Shown in pieces: positions 37,022 to 48,378 of a DNA stretch of 64,000 bases. The notes under the pieces are model-generated. The model made no database searches and was not told the DNA's origin. It was given only the letters and a program-made list of their open reading frames with translations. Each line of letters begins with the position of its first letter. The stretch's first letter is position 1. The translations under genes and the position numbers were made by a program. This DNA comes from Myxococcales bacterium (GTDB taxonomy: Bacteria > Myxococcota_A > UBA9042 > JABWCM01 > BTVJ01), in assembly GCA_045863395.1 (NCBI GenBank), contig BTVJ01000018.1:32001-96000 (forward strand), written 5' to 3'.

Positions 37022-37789
37022 TCAACCGAACTTCCCGGTGATGTACTCCTCGGTCCGCGTGTCCGACGGCGAGGTGAACAGCTTGTCCGTGCGGTCGTGC
37101 TCCACCAGCTCCCCCATGAGGAAGAAGGCCGTGAAGTCCGACACGCGGGCCGCCTGCTGCATGTTGTGGGTCACGATGACGATCGTGTAGTCGTCCTGCA
37201 GCGTGTGGATCAAGTCCTCGATGCGGGCCGTGGCGATGGGATCCAGCGCCGAGCAGGGCTCGTCCATCAGCAGCACCTCCGGGTCCACCGCAAGCGCGCG
37301 CGCGATGCACAGGCGCTGCTGCTGGCCTCCCGAGAGCCCCCCACCCGGCTTGTCCAGGCGGTCGCGCACCTCGTCCCAGAGCGCGGCCTGGCGGAGGGCC
37401 CGCTCCGCGATCTCACCCGCGGTGTCCCGGGACAGGCGCCCCGTGAGCTTCAGGCCGGCGAGCACGTTGTCGCGGATGGACATGCTGGGGAACGGGTTGG
37501 GCTTCTGGAACACCATGCCGACGCGCCGCCGGAGCAGCACCGGGTCGACGTCCGGGCCATAGATCTCCTGCCCGTCCAGCTCCACGCGCCCCGCGACCCG
37601 GGCGATGGGCGACAGCTCGTGCATGCGGTTGATGCAGCGGATGAAGGTGGACTTGCCGCAGCCCGACGGCCCGATGACCGCCGTGACGCGGTTGGCCGGG
37701 AGGCTGGCCGTGATCCCCTTGAGCACCTGCGCCTGACCGAACCAGGCGTCGAGGCCGGTCACGGCGATCTTCGCGGGGAGCTGCGTCAT
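37022..37789 (-). CDS. pstB: Phosphate ABC transporter ATPase
   Basis: [50 protein letters not shown]. Confidence 0.97.
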   Translation of the reverse strand: MTQLPAKIAVTGLDAWFGQAQVLKGITASLPANRVTAVIGPSGCGKSTFIRCINRMHELSPIARVAGRVELDGQEIYGPDVDPVLLRRRVGMVFQKPNPFPSMSIRDNVLAGLKLTGRLSRDTAGEIAERALRQAALWDEVRDRLDKPGGGLSGGQQQRLCIARALAVDPEVLLMDEPCSALDPIATARIEDLIHTLQDDYTIVIVTHNMQQAARVSDFTAFFLMGELVEHDRTDKLFTSPSDTRTEEYITGKFG

Positions 37790-37791
37790 GG

Positions 37792-38661
37792 TCACCACTG
37801 GATGCGCCGCTGGAGGCGGGCGCGCAGGAAGATGGCGAAGGAGCTCATCACGAGCAGCGTGACGAGGAGCACCACGATACCCGCCGCGGCGTTGACCTGG
37901 AAGGCCTCCTGCGGCCTCGACACCCAGTTGAAGATCTGGATGGGCAGCACGGTGAACGGCGAGGACAGGGAGTCCGGCAGGAAGGTCACATAGGCCAGCG
38001 CGCCGACGACGATCAGGGGCGCAGTCTCGCCGATGGCGCGGGACAGGGCCAGGATCGCGCCGGTCAGGATGCCTGGCATGGCCATGGGCAGCACGACCTG
38101 GCGCACGGTCTCCCAGCGTGTGGCGCCCAGCCCCAGGGCGGTCTCGCGGAGGATGGGCGGGACGGTGCGCAGGGCCTCCCGGGAGGCGGTGATCACCACC
38201 GGCAGCACGAGCAGCGCCATGGTGGAGCCCCCGGCGAGGATGCTGCGGCCCATGCCGACGGCGCGGACGAAGATCTCCAGCCCGAGCAGCCCATAGATGA
38301 TGGACGGCACACCAGCGAGGTTGGCGATGTTGATCTCGATGAGGCGCGCGAGGCGCCCGGTCCCCCCGTACTCCTCCAGGTAGACCGCCGCCGCGACCCC
38401 GATGGGAAGTGCGATGAGGGCGGTGATCCCGATGAGCGCGAAGCTCCCGACGAAGGCCGGGAGGACGCCGGCCTTGATCGCGTGCCGCGACGGGTAGGAG
38501 GTGAGGAAGTCCCAGGAGAGGCGATCGAGCCCGGTCACCACGACGTCGCCCACGAGCACGGCGAGGACGACGAGAGGGAGCAGCGCCGCGCCGAGACAGG
38601 CGGCGGCGAAGGCGCGCTCGGCGAGGCGGCCGGCGCGGCGGCTGCGGGGGTCGAGCGACAC
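37792..38661 (-). CDS. pstA: Phosphate ABC transporter permease
   Basis: [23 protein letters not shown]. Confidence 0.96.
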   Translation of the reverse strand: MSLDPRSRRAGRLAERAFAAACLGAALLPLVVLAVLVGDVVVTGLDRLSWDFLTSYPSRHAIKAGVLPAFVGSFALIGITALIALPIGVAAAVYLEEYGGTGRLARLIEINIANLAGVPSIIYGLLGLEIFVRAVGMGRSILAGGSTMALLVLPVVITASREALRTVPPILRETALGLGATRWETVRQVVLPMAMPGILTGAILALSRAIGETAPLIVVGALAYVTFLPDSLSSPFTVLPIQIFNWVSRPQEAFQVNAAAGIVVLLVTLLVMSSFAIFLRARLQRRIQW

Positions 38662-38662
38662 C

Positions 38663-39565
38663 TCAGGCCCCCAGGCTGCGGCCGCGGAGCCGCTGCGCCG
38701 CCGCGTTCATGACGAAGGTCAGCAGGAACAGCACCATGCCGACCACGAAGATCGTCTGCGACTCGATGGTCCCGCTCGGCACGTCCCCCATGCTCACCTG
38801 GACGATGTAGGCGGTCATGGTCTCGATGGGCACCCGAGGGTCCAGAGTCAGGCGCGGCTGCTGGCCCGCGGCGATGGCGACGATCATCGTCTCGCCGACG
38901 GCGCGGGCCACCGCGAGGGTCACGGCGGCGACGATGCCGGAGCCGGCGGCCGGGACCACCACGCGGAAGATGGTGGGGATGCGGCCGGCGCCCAGGGCGT
39001 AGGACGCCTCCCGGAGGCTGCGGGGGACGGCGTACAGGGCGTCCTCACTCAGAGACGAGATCATGGGGATGATCATGATCCCCATGACGATGCCGGGCGA
39101 CAGCGCGTTGAAGCCGGCCAGCCCAGGGACGAACGATTGGAGCAGCGGGGACACGAACACCAGGGCGAAGTAGCCGTAGACGATGGTAGGGATGCCGGCG
39201 AGCAGCTCGATGGCCGGCTTGAGCACGGTCCGCACCCGCTCGGGCGCGAGCTCGCTCAGGTAGATGGCGGTCAGCAGCCCGAAGGGGAGCGCCACCACGA
39301 TGGCGATGCCGGCGGTGAGCAGCGTGCCGGTCACCAGAGGCCACACGCCGAAGCGCTTCTCCGCGAAGAGCGGTGTCCACTCCGTGTCCAGGAACACGTC
39401 GGCCAGGGAGACGTGCTGGAAGAAGGCCACCGTCTCGAAGAGGAGGACACCGATGATGCCGATGGTCGTCAGCAGGGACACGGCGCCGGACGCGAGCAGC
39501 GCGCCCTCGATGACGCGCTCTCGCAGGCCGCTCGCCCGACTCGGTCCGCCCGCACCCTGCTTCAC
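38663..39565 (-). CDS. pstC: Phosphate ABC transporter permease
   Basis: [29 protein letters not shown]. Confidence 0.96.
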   Translation of the reverse strand: MKQGAGGPSRASGLRERVIEGALLASGAVSLLTTIGIIGVLLFETVAFFQHVSLADVFLDTEWTPLFAEKRFGVWPLVTGTLLTAGIAIVVALPFGLLTAIYLSELAPERVRTVLKPAIELLAGIPTIVYGYFALVFVSPLLQSFVPGLAGFNALSPGIVMGIMIIPMISSLSEDALYAVPRSLREASYALGAGRIPTIFRVVVPAAGSGIVAAVTLAVARAVGETMIVAIAAGQQPRLTLDPRVPIETMTAYIVQVSMGDVPSGTIESQTIFVVGMVLFLLTFVMNAAAQRLRGRSLGA

Positions 39566-39568
39566 TCC

Positions 39569-40573
39569 CTACTCCTTCGCCAGCAGCGCCTCGACGGTCA
39601 CCCCGACCGTCGAGCCGCGCCCCTCGAACACCGAGCCCGTCACGCGCTTGTCGAACCGGGCCTGGGCAAGCTCGTAGGCCTTCGGCGGGAGGGCAACGTA
39701 GCCCACCTCACCTACGAGGCCCTGCCCTGTCGCGCCCAGGTAGCTCTTCACGAACGCCTGCACCTCGGGGCGCTCCGCGTCCTTCTTGGACACGTAGATG
39801 AAGATCGGGCGAGACAAGGGCTGGTACGTGCCGCCCTTGATGGTCTCGGGGCTGGGGGCCACCGGCGCCGTGCCATTCTTGGGGTCGCCGTCGTCGATGG
39901 CGACGGTCTTGAGCTTTCCCTTGTTCTCGGCGACGTAGGCATAGCCGAAGAAGCCCAGAGCCAGCGGGTCGTTGGCGACCCCCTGGACCAGCACGTTGTC
40001 GTCCTCGCTGGAGGTGAAGTCCCCGCGGCTGGAGTGCTCGACGCCCACGATGGCCTGGGTGAAGTAGTCGTAGGTGCCGCTGTCCACGCCCGCTCCGAAC
40101 AGGTGGATCTCCTTGTCGGGCCAGCCCTCGCGCACGTCACTCCACTTCTTCACCGCCCCTTGGGCCTCGGGCGCCCAGAGCTTCTTCAGCTCGGCGACCG
40201 TCATGGTCCCGGCCCAGTCATTGGTCGGGTGGATGACCACCGCGAGGCCGTCGTAGGCGACCGGCAGCTCCACGTAGTCGATGCCCGCCTTGGAGCACGC
40301 CTCCACCTCGCTCGGCTTGATGGGCCGCGACGCCCCCGTGATGGCGACCTCGCCGGCGCAGAACTTCTTGAAGCCACCGCCCGTGCCCGAGACACCGATG
40401 GTCACCTTGGCCCCGCCGCCCTTCTGGAACTCCTCGGCGACGGCCTCGGAGATGGGGTAGACGGTGCTGGAACCATCCACGGTGATGATGGAGCCGGAGC
40501 CGGACGCGCTCCTCTTGCAGGCTCCGGGCGCGAGGGCCAGAGCAGATGCCAGCACCAGTGCGACGCTTCTCAT
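39569..40573 (-). CDS. pstS: Phosphate ABC transporter substrate-binding lipoprotein
   Basis: [33 protein letters not shown]. Confidence 0.95.
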   Translation of the reverse strand: MRSVALVLASALALAPGACKRSASGSGSIITVDGSSTVYPISEAVAEEFQKGGGAKVTIGVSGTGGGFKKFCAGEVAITGASRPIKPSEVEACSKAGIDYVELPVAYDGLAVVIHPTNDWAGTMTVAELKKLWAPEAQGAVKKWSDVREGWPDKEIHLFGAGVDSGTYDYFTQAIVGVEHSSRGDFTSSEDDNVLVQGVANDPLALGFFGYAYVAENKGKLKTVAIDDGDPKNGTAPVAPSPETIKGGTYQPLSRPIFIYVSKKDAERPEVQAFVKSYLGATGQGLVGEVGYVALPPKAYELAQARFDKRVTGSVFEGRGSTVGVTVEALLAKE

Positions 40574-40736
40574 GGGACGGACCTCCTCTCGGGGTGTGAG
40601 TCGGCGGAAGCCTGCGCCCACCGTGTTGCGGTCCCATGGCGCCTTCGTGACAAGGAGGGGCGCCGCTCCGTGGGTCCCGGCCGGGTCGTCGTCGGGGTCC
40701 TTGGATCGCCAGATCCCGCACGCACCGGCGCCGCGG

Positions 40737-40770
40737 AGTCTCTCTGCGCCCTGTGACATCCGCGTGACGC
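40737..40770 (-). promoter_or_regulatory. Pho box promoter upstream of pstS
   Basis: gCGTCAC-gcgg-ATGTCAC (11-bp period), then 10 bp, then GAGACT as -10; extra CTGTCAC half-site at 40782-40788. Confidence 0.75.
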
Positions 40771-40815
40771 CACGGAAACTTGTGACAGCCGTGTGTCGGA
40801 CACCCGGTCTTGGGC

Positions 40816-42558
40816 TCACGGGCGGGGGAGGGACACCCAGAAGATGGAGCCACGCTCAGGTCCCGGTCGGACGCCGACCCGCCCCCCCATCGCCTCGACC
40901 ATGTGCTTGACGATGGACAGGCCGAGCCCCGTGCCGCCCATGTCGCGTGAGCGCCCGGGGTCCACGCGGTAGAAGCGCTCGAAGATCCGGGCCCTGTGCC
41001 GGGGTTCGATGCCGGGCCCGTCGTCCTCCACCTCGATGAGGATGCGGCCCGGCCCCTCAGAGGCCGCCCGAACGACCGCGTGGCCGCCGGCCGGCGTGTA
41101 CTTGACCGCGTTGTCCAGCAGGTTGATCAGCACCTGCTCCAGGCCGCGGGCGTCAGCGAGGGCCTCCAGCGACGGGTGTACCTCGTTGGCGAGGACGATG
41201 TCCTTGCGCGCCGCCGCCTGGCCAACCGCCCCGGTCGCGGCGGCCACGACCCTGGCCACGGGCACCGGCGCCAGCTCCAGGGTGACGCGGCCCGCTTCGA
41301 TGCGCGAGATGTCCAGCAGGTCCGACACCAGCAGGGAGAGGCGGTCTGCGTGGCGCAGGATGCCGTCGGCGAACTTGCGTCCGCGGGCAGGGTCCTCCAT
41401 GGCCCCGTCGAGGAGCGTCTCCGCGTTGGCGCGGATCACGCTGAGGGGCGTGCGCAGCTCGTGGCTCACGTTGGCGACGAAGTCGCGCCGCACCGTCTCC
41501 AGTCGGCGAAGCTCCGTGACGTCGTGGAGCACGAGGACGACGCCGGCCCTGTCACCGAGCGCGGTCCCGCGGGCGAGGACGCGGCGCTGGCCATCGCCCG
41601 GAAGCGTCACCTCCACGGAGGCGGAGCCGGACTCCAACGACCTCGTGGCCAGCTCCTGGAGCGCCGGGAGGCGGATGAGCTCCAGGAGGCTGCGCCCGAC
41701 CGGCGAGGATCGCGCACCGAGCAGGGCCACGGCAGACGGGTTGACGTGCTGGACGTGCAGGTCCGCGTCCAGGGCGATCACGGCCTCGGACATGCCGTCG
41801 AGGACCGCCTCCGTCAGGTTGCGCTCCCGTGCGAGGGCGTCGACCACCTCCTCGAGCTCCCGGCCCAGCGCGTCGATGGGGCGGGCCAGGCCCGCCAGCT
41901 CGCCCTCCACATAGGGGACACGCCCACCGCGGGCCCTGGCGATGGTGCGCGCGGTCTCCACGAGGGCCCGGACCGTGCGCAGGGTCAGGTGCGACGCGAT
42001 CCAGCTCATGAAGGTCGCGAGCACCACGGCCGCCGCCGCGGCGACGACGAGCGCCCGGCGGAGGCTCGCGACGGCCTCCTCCTCGTCGGCGAGCGGGCGC
42101 GCGGCGCGGATGACGCGCCGTCCCTCCGGGGCATCCCACCCGATGGCCACGTAGAGGAGGTCCCGCCCCACCGTCGCGCTCTCCCGACGGGCGGCGCCTC
42201 GGCCCTGCGCCAGGGCCTGGTCCACCTCGGGCCGCCCCGCGTGGCTCGGGAGGTGGGGGACCTCCCGGTCATCCACGCTCGAATCCGCGATGACGCGGCC
42301 ATTGCCGTCCATGATCGTGAGGCGGGTCGCCGACTCCGCGGTCAGGTCGCGGAGAATCGCCCCCAGTGATGCCGTGTCGATGGGCCGGTGGATCAGGAGG
42401 GAGCGCACCCCCACCGCCTGGCGCTCCAGCTCCGCCTCCAGGCGCCCGTGCACCCAGCCTCGCAGCTCGCCCTCCAGGAGCGCGCCGCCACCGAGCAGGA
42501 CAACGAGCAGCAGGACCGTCGAGATGACGAAGAGCCGCCCGCGGATCCCCAGGCTCAC
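40816..42558 (-). CDS. phoR: Phosphate regulon sensor histidine kinase
   Basis: Two [48 protein letters not shown]. Confidence 0.93.
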   Translation of the reverse strand: MSLGIRGRLFVISTVLLLVVLLGGGALLEGELRGWVHGRLEAELERQAVGVRSLLIHRPIDTASLGAILRDLTAESATRLTIMDGNGRVIADSSVDDREVPHLPSHAGRPEVDQALAQGRGAARRESATVGRDLLYVAIGWDAPEGRRVIRAARPLADEEEAVASLRRALVVAAAAAVVLATFMSWIASHLTLRTVRALVETARTIARARGGRVPYVEGELAGLARPIDALGRELEEVVDALARERNLTEAVLDGMSEAVIALDADLHVQHVNPSAVALLGARSSPVGRSLLELIRLPALQELATRSLESGSASVEVTLPGDGQRRVLARGTALGDRAGVVLVLHDVTELRRLETVRRDFVANVSHELRTPLSVIRANAETLLDGAMEDPARGRKFADGILRHADRLSLLVSDLLDISRIEAGRVTLELAPVPVARVVAAATGAVGQAAARKDIVLANEVHPSLEALADARGLEQVLINLLDNAVKYTPAGGHAVVRAASEGPGRILIEVEDDGPGIEPRHRARIFERFYRVDPGRSRDMGGTGLGLSIVKHMVEAMGGRVGVRPGPERGSIFWVSLPRP

Positions 42559-43259
42559 GAGTCCTCGGCGTCGGGCCGCGAGCGGAAGCGGTAGCCGACG
42601 CCCCGGATCGTCTCGACGTAGGCCCCCGCCTCTCCGAGCTTCTCACGGAGGCGCTTCACGTGCGTGTCCACGGTCCGGGTCGTGATCTCCGCGTCGATCC
42701 CCCACACGTCGGACAGCAGCATGTCCCGGGTCTGCACCCTGCCCCTCCGAACCATGAACGTCGCCAGGAGCCGGAACTCCAAGGCCGTCAGGACGACCTC
42801 GTCCTCGTCCACCCAGACCCGGTGCGCCGCCTGGTCGAGGCGCAGCCGCCCGAAGGACTGCTCACTGGCCGGCTCGTCCGATGGGTGCGCGCGCCGCAGG
42901 ATGGCCTTCACGCGCAGCAGCAGCTCCCGCGTGCTGAACGGCTTGACGACATAGTCGTCGGCCCCCACCTCGAAGCCGACGACGCGGTCGATCTCGTCGC
43001 TGCGGGCCGTGAGCATCATCACCGGGACGTGGCGCGTGCGGTCGGCCATACGGAGCCGCCTGCACACCTCCGTCCCGGAGATGTCGGGGAGCATCAGGTC
43101 CAGGATCACCAGGTCCGGCGGAGGCTCCAGGGCGGCCAGGTCCAGCGCCTGGCGGCCGCTGGTGGCGACGCGCGTCCGGAAGCCCTCGCGCTGGAGGTTG
43201 TACTCGAGGATCTCGCAGAGGTCGGCCTCGTCATCGACGAGCAGGATGAGCTGTGTCAT
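42555..43259 (-). CDS. phoB: Phosphate regulon response regulator (OmpR family)
   Basis: VDDE, LDLMLP, MLTAR, GADDYVVKPF, RTVDTHVKRLR, TIRGVGY. Confidence 0.93.
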   Translation of the reverse strand: MTQLILLVDDEADLCEILEYNLQREGFRTRVATSGRQALDLAALEPPPDLVILDLMLPDISGTEVCRRLRMADRTRHVPVMMLTARSDEIDRVVGFEVGADDYVVKPFSTRELLLRVKAILRRAHPSDEPASEQSFGRLRLDQAAHRVWVDEDEVVLTALEFRLLATFMVRRGRVQTRDMLLSDVWGIDAEITTRTVDTHVKRLREKLGEAGAYVETIRGVGYRFRSRPDAEDS

Positions 43260-43280
43260 GGCAGTCCCCTGTACGCTCCT

Positions 43281-43302
43281 CCCGTGACGGACCCGTGACG
43301 GG
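43281..43302 (-). promoter_or_regulatory. Pho box upstream of phoB (autoregulation)
   Basis: CCGTCAC-gggt-CCGTCAC, 11-bp direct repeat. Confidence 0.7.
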
Positions 43303-43317
43303 AGGGAAACCGTTTGC

Positions 43318-43905
43318 TCATCGCGCGCGGGCCGCCCGGATGAGCTCGCGGAGCGCCTCCTTGTCCCCCGTGAAGTCCATGGCGTCGAGCAGGGTGTGGG
43401 CCCGGTCGAGGTCGCTGAGCCGTGGCACGACGAAGGCGGCAGCGTCGATGCGCTCGGTGGAGAACGTGAACACGTCCAGCAGGCGTCGCGCCTGGGCCGT
43501 GGTCACGGTCCGATGGTCGAGGGCAGCTTCGAGCACCGCCTTGCGGTCCGCTGCGAAGCTCGCCCTGCCGAGCTGGCGCACCAGGTCGCTCACCTCGGCG
43601 TCTCCGAGCGGCCGGGGGGCCACGGTGGGCGCGGGCACCATAGCCGGGACGGGGACCGAAACCTGGGGTTGCTCGGCACGGACCGCGAGCTCCAGCTCGG
43701 CGAGCCCAAGCTCCGCCTTCTCGAGCCGCTTGAGCAGCGAGCGGCGCGCCGTCTCGTCCAGCGGCGTCTCCGCGAGGGCCTGCGCGGACACGACCTGTCG
43801 GTGGATCTCGCGGATGCGCTCCAGGAGGGACACACGCTCCGAGGGCGGGCCGGCGGCGAGCGTGGGAGTCAACGCGACCAACGCGACACACAGCATGGCT
43901 CGCAT
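43318..43905 (-). CDS. Secreted DUF4476-like domain protein
   Basis: Signal peptide; ASF..DR..VL...T.AQ...LL..FTF..ERI pattern; AGGAGG RBS. Confidence 0.7.
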   Translation of the reverse strand: MRAMLCVALVALTPTLAAGPPSERVSLLERIREIHRQVVSAQALAETPLDETARRSLLKRLEKAELGLAELELAVRAEQPQVSVPVPAMVPAPTVAPRPLGDAEVSDLVRQLGRASFAADRKAVLEAALDHRTVTTAQARRLLDVFTFSTERIDAAAFVVPRLSDLDRAHTLLDAMDFTGDKEALRELIRAARAR

Positions 43906-45602
43906 CACACCTCCTGCTCGACCCCGAGGCGCGGTGTCTCCTCGGGGCCATCCACGGGCAACCTGGCTACGAAGCGTGCGCCACCGAGGGGCGACGCCTC
44001 CACGCGGACCGCGCCGCCGTGATCCGCCACGATTCGCGTCACGATGGCCAGCCCGAGCCCTGTCCCGTGCTCCTTGCGCGTGTAGTAGGGCTCGAACACA
44101 CGCTCGCGCTCAGAGGTTGGCACGCCAGGCCCATCGTCGTCCACCGTCAGCGCAACGTGGGCACCGCCGTCCGGTGCCACGCCCACGACCACGCGCCCTC
44201 CCGCAGGCGCGACGGCGTCGACGGCGTTCTGCACCAGGTTGCCCAGCACCTGCGCGAGCAGCTCCCCGTCGGCTCGCACCGTCGGGCACGGTGCCACCTC
44301 CGCCGTCACCTCCACCCGTGGGTCCACCCCCGCGTAGAGGCGCGCCACCTGCGCCACGAGGGCACCCAGCTCCAGCTCGTGGGGCACGGGCGCGGGGAGC
44401 CGCGCGAACCGCGAGAACTCCGTCACGATGCGCTTCATCCGCTCCACCTCCTCCAGAATGGTCGACGTCGACTCGGCGAAGATCTCGTCGAAGTCCGGGT
44501 GAGCGCGCGCTCGGGCCTTCTGCAGCGTCTCGATGCTCGTCTGGATGGGAAACAGAGGGTTCTTGATCTCGTGAGCGATGCGCCGCGCCATGTCCTTCCA
44601 CGCAGCGATGCGCTCGGCGCGGACCGCCCGCTCCAGAGTCGACTGCCGCGCCCGGGTCATCGTGTCGAAGGCGCCCACCAGGCGACCGACCTCGTCCCGG
44701 GAGCCCACGCGGGGCATGGGGACGTCCAGGTCGCCCTCGGTCACCCGGCGCGCGGCGTCCGCGAGCGCGACCAGGGGCCTCGTGATTCTGCGGGTCAGCA
44801 GGGCGCCGAGGAGCACGGCGAGGGCGGCGGCGACACCGGCCGCTGCCCCGGTGACGCGCAGCAGGGCCCCCTCACGCTCCTTCAGGGACTGCACCGAGAC
44901 CTCGACTCGCAGGCGAAAGGGGCCACCCATGTCCACGTCGGCGCGCTCCCAGCCCTCCCCCGCCGGCGCACCTTCCCCGACGAGGACAGCCCCGTCGGCG
45001 TCGAGCAGCACGACCCGCGCCTCCACCCCGGCCACCGCGACGAGGTCCCCGAGGGTCGCCTCGTCGAGGACGCGCCCCCCCAGGAGCACGAGGCGCTCTC
45101 CTGCCCGGTGCGCCAACTGCAGGGTGGGGCGGGGAACCAAGGCGCCGTCCCGCTCGAAGTCGGCCCATCGAAGTAGAGGGCCCACCGACGCCACCGCCTG
45201 GGGGTCGTCCTCGGCGAGGCCCAGGCGGTGGCCCAGCGCCACGACCCGGCCGTCGCTGTCGACGAAGGCCAGGAGATCCAGGCCGGGCGCCCCCATGAGG
45301 CGGCGGGCCAGGTGGAGCGCCTCGCGCTCGGCCGCCGGATCTCGCCGCAGGACGCCGCGGGCAAGGTCCTGGTCCACGGCTCGCAGCGCGGGCTCGGCCG
45401 CGAGGCGATCCATGGTCGCGCCCAGCTCCCTCACCATGGCGTCCAGACGAAGGGCCGCTCCCTCCCGCACCCCGGCAACCCGCGCCTCGAAGTCGCGCTG
45501 AAACGCGCTGCGCGCCTCGCGAACGAGGAGCAGGGCGACCACCGCCGGCCCGAGCAGCGCCACCACCACGAAGGCGAGCGTCAGGCGAGTGCGCACGCTC
45601 AC
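43905..45602 (-). CDS. HAMP-domain sensor histidine kinase (NtrY-like H box)
   Basis: DEVGRL..AF, AWKDMARRIAHEIKNPL, NLVQNA, DDGPG, GTGLGL; GTGA overlap with the upstream gene. Confidence 0.9.
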   Translation of the reverse strand: MSVRTRLTLAFVVVALLGPAVVALLLVREARSAFQRDFEARVAGVREGAALRLDAMVRELGATMDRLAAEPALRAVDQDLARGVLRRDPAAEREALHLARRLMGAPGLDLLAFVDSDGRVVALGHRLGLAEDDPQAVASVGPLLRWADFERDGALVPRPTLQLAHRAGERLVLLGGRVLDEATLGDLVAVAGVEARVVLLDADGAVLVGEGAPAGEGWERADVDMGGPFRLRVEVSVQSLKEREGALLRVTGAAAGVAAALAVLLGALLTRRITRPLVALADAARRVTEGDLDVPMPRVGSRDEVGRLVGAFDTMTRARQSTLERAVRAERIAAWKDMARRIAHEIKNPLFPIQTSIETLQKARARAHPDFDEIFAESTSTILEEVERMKRIVTEFSRFARLPAPVPHELELGALVAQVARLYAGVDPRVEVTAEVAPCPTVRADGELLAQVLGNLVQNAVDAVAPAGGRVVVGVAPDGGAHVALTVDDDGPGVPTSERERVFEPYYTRKEHGTGLGLAIVTRIVADHGGAVRVEASPLGGARFVARLPVDGPEETPRLGVEQEV

Positions 45603-46933
45603 CGGCCGCCCTCCCACCACGCACTCGCCAGGTCGAGGGCTCCGTGCCCGTCGAAGCGGACGTCTCGAAGGCCGCCCCTCACCCAGACCGAACGCCTCAG
45701 GTGCAGCAGCGGCCCGACCGCGCCGTCCGCGACCAGCGCGCCCAGGGCTCGCCGCGCCGCGCCGTCGTCGTCGTGGGTCACTCTGACGACCAGGTCTCGG
45801 GCTGCGGCCTCGTCACCAGCCGCTCCCAGCGCCTGCAGCGCGACCGCCAGAGGATCGGGCGCGCTCAGGCGCCGGATGCCCAGCCAGAGGGTCACGTCTG
45901 CCGCCGTGCCCACCCTCGAACCCGCGCCGCCCGACCGAATCGCCACGTCGCGGAGCGCCGCCGCGACATCCGCGAGCTCCCCCCCACCGGGGCCGAGCCC
46001 GATGACCACCGCCCCAAGGGGTGTGGGCGCGGGCCCCGAGCCTCCGAGGCCCGGGAGCAGGCCCTCCGCCCCGACCGCCTCTCGCTCCAGGCGGCTCAGG
46101 AGCGACGCCACGACCCCTGGGCCCGTCAGCGCCCCGGGAACGGCGGTCCGCCGCGGGTCCGACGGCCAGAGAGCGACGAGCTCGATGGTGGGCCCGTCCA
46201 CCCGCCGCACGTCCGGGAGCGACGCCAGTCGCCCCCCGCCGCGCAGCGACAGGTCCGCCTCGCCATAGAAGAGGCGCTCTGCCGCCTCCGCTGGGTGGTC
46301 CGCCCAGCGGACCTCCACCCGGTCCACGAAGGGGCGCCCGTCCGGGTGCGCCAGGTGGGGCAGCAGGATCGCGGCCCGGTCGCCCCCGCCCTGCAGCGCA
46401 AAGGGGCCCGCCCCGGTGTGGCCATCCCCGCCCAAGGGCAGGATCGCAGCCTGCGGGAGCGCCAGCAGGCGCTCCAGGGTCGAGCGGGGGATTGGCGCCT
46501 TCAGGCGCAGCACGAACCGCGCGGAGTCGACCACCTCGACCCTGAGGAGCGACGCGAGGACCCTCGCAGGGGAAGCCGCCGGGGCCGTGGAGAGGCGCCC
46601 GAGGGACCAGCGCACGTCCTCGCTGGTGACGGGGCGTCCGTCGTGAAAGCGCGCCTCGTCCGCCAGCGTGCAGGCGAGGTCGGCCCCGTCTGGCGCCGAC
46701 GAACGGAGCAATACGGGCCTCGACGCGCGGCCCTCGAGGGCGTAGAGGGGCTGGTGGACCATGACGGCGAGCTGTACCGCCTCATCCGACTCGGCCCGCA
46801 TGGGGTCGAAGCCCTCCACAGCGGGCAGGGTGAAGCGAAGTGTACCGCCCCACCGCGCTCGGCCAGCTCCGATTGCCGTCGTTGTCAGGCACACGAGGGC
46901 AACCGCACCGAGAGTGAGAGTGCCTCCTCTCAT
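45599..46933 (-). CDS. Divergent family-5 (peptide-type) ABC substrate-binding-like protein, with no permease nearby
   Basis: GGTLR, FDP, RFHDGRPVTSEDV.WSL, GAGPF, RPFVDRV. Confidence 0.7.
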   Translation of the reverse strand: MRGGTLTLGAVALVCLTTTAIGAGRARWGGTLRFTLPAVEGFDPMRAESDEAVQLAVMVHQPLYALEGRASRPVLLRSSAPDGADLACTLADEARFHDGRPVTSEDVRWSLGRLSTAPAASPARVLASLLRVEVVDSARFVLRLKAPIPRSTLERLLALPQAAILPLGGDGHTGAGPFALQGGGDRAAILLPHLAHPDGRPFVDRVEVRWADHPAEAAERLFYGEADLSLRGGGRLASLPDVRRVDGPTIELVALWPSDPRRTAVPGALTGPGVVASLLSRLEREAVGAEGLLPGLGGSGPAPTPLGAVVIGLGPGGGELADVAAALRDVAIRSGGAGSRVGTAADVTLWLGIRRLSAPDPLAVALQALGAAGDEAAARDLVVRVTHDDDGAARRALGALVADGAVGPLLHLRRSVWVRGGLRDVRFDGHGALDLASAWWEGGR

Positions 46934-48378
46934 GGCCCTCTCGCGCCGGGCCTCGAGCCGCGCACCTCGAGGAGCAGCAGCCGATCAGCGCCCGGACTGG
47001 CGGCGACGGCCAGCACCACCTCCAGCTCCCCGTCGTCGTCGGGGTCACCGGCAGCCGCGGCCCGGATCGGCGGCGTATCGGCGCTCCACAAGGAGCGCAC
47101 TGCGCCGTCGGCAGCGAGCTGGACCAGCTCTGCGCGGTCCCCTTCGGGCGGGACCGCCGAGGACGTCACGAGCACCTCGGGGATCCCGTCATCATCCAGG
47201 TCAGCGACCAGCGCGGGGAGCCCCCTGGCCCCCAGCGACCAGCTCCGTCTCTGGACGCTCGAGCCGCCAACCACGTCCAGCGCCCCGCCATCGCTCCTCA
47301 CCTCCATAACGTCGAGCTCGCCGGAGGCGGCCTGCTTCACGATGACTCGCTGGCTCCACTCGGCACCAGCGCCCGCCAGGGGCCGCGCGCCAGCGCCCGG
47401 CTCCCACAACCAGCGCGGGCCCGCCAGGCGCGCCTCGCCAAGGGCGAGCTCCCCGAGCAGCACCCCGCCCTCCGGCAAGCTCCCCGACAGGGGCATCCCA
47501 ACGGTCCGCACACCCGTCACCCGGAGGTCCCCGTCACCGGTGCGGCGGATGATCGCCACCTCGCCCAGAGACGTGGTCGCAGCGAGGAGATCGCAGCCGC
47601 CGTCCTGGCGCTCCACCGATACCAGCGACCCGACCGGCCAGCGGCTCGGCGCCTCGGCCCCCGGGAGCGCGTCCAGGGAGGGGCGCAGCGCGCTCCCGTC
47701 AGGCTGGAGCACCACCAAGGAGCGGCGCCCCAGCGCGGCGACGTCGTCACGCCCGTCTCCGTCCACGTCGCACACGGCGAGCGCCAGGACCTGCGGGGGC
47801 AGGCTGCCCGCCGCCAGGGGAGACAGCCGGGGCGACAGGCGCGCCGCTCCCCCACCCTGACCGAGGAGCGAGCGCAGCTCCACGTCCAGGCGCGCGCGGG
47901 CGAAGGAGGAGGCCACCGTCCCGCCGCCGATGCCCTGCGCCTTGTCCCAGAAGCTGCGCCGCCCTCGGACGGCGGTCGCCCGCAGCTCCACGTGACCGCG
48001 GGTCACCTCGAGCTCCACCAGCAGCACCAGGTCGACGCCCTGCACGTCGCCGTGGGCGCTCGCGGCCTCCTGAGTGTGCTCCCCGGGCGCCACGAGAGGG
48101 GCGACCAGGGGCGACGCGGCGCCCCTCGACCGTAGAAGCGCCTCCAGCCGGTCCTGGAGCAGCCCCGACGTCACCTCTACGAGCCGCGCCCCCGAGGAGG
48201 GCCAATCAGGGATCCGGGGCACCACGGCGTAGCCAATGCTCCGGGGGGCCACCGCAGAGAGCGCCAGGTCGAGTCCGGCGCACAGCCGCACCACCAGCTC
48301 CGAGGTTGTGGCGCCCAGCCCCCAGGCGGGCGTGACCGTACCCAGGACGAGCCCCACGGCGAGCAGAGTCACCCTCAT
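46930..48378 (-). CDS. Secreted FG-GAP/VCBS repeat protein
   Basis: DVDGDGRDD, DLDDDGIPE, DPDDDGELE. Confidence 0.7.
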   Translation of the reverse strand: MRVTLLAVGLVLGTVTPAWGLGATTSELVVRLCAGLDLALSAVAPRSIGYAVVPRIPDWPSSGARLVEVTSGLLQDRLEALLRSRGAASPLVAPLVAPGEHTQEAASAHGDVQGVDLVLLVELEVTRGHVELRATAVRGRRSFWDKAQGIGGGTVASSFARARLDVELRSLLGQGGGAARLSPRLSPLAAGSLPPQVLALAVCDVDGDGRDDVAALGRRSLVVLQPDGSALRPSLDALPGAEAPSRWPVGSLVSVERQDGGCDLLAATTSLGEVAIIRRTGDGDLRVTGVRTVGMPLSGSLPEGGVLLGELALGEARLAGPRWLWEPGAGARPLAGAGAEWSQRVIVKQAASGELDVMEVRSDGGALDVVGGSSVQRRSWSLGARGLPALVADLDDDGIPEVLVTSSAVPPEGDRAELVQLAADGAVRSLWSADTPPIRAAAAGDPDDDGELEVVLAVAASPGADRLLLLEVRGSRPGARGP

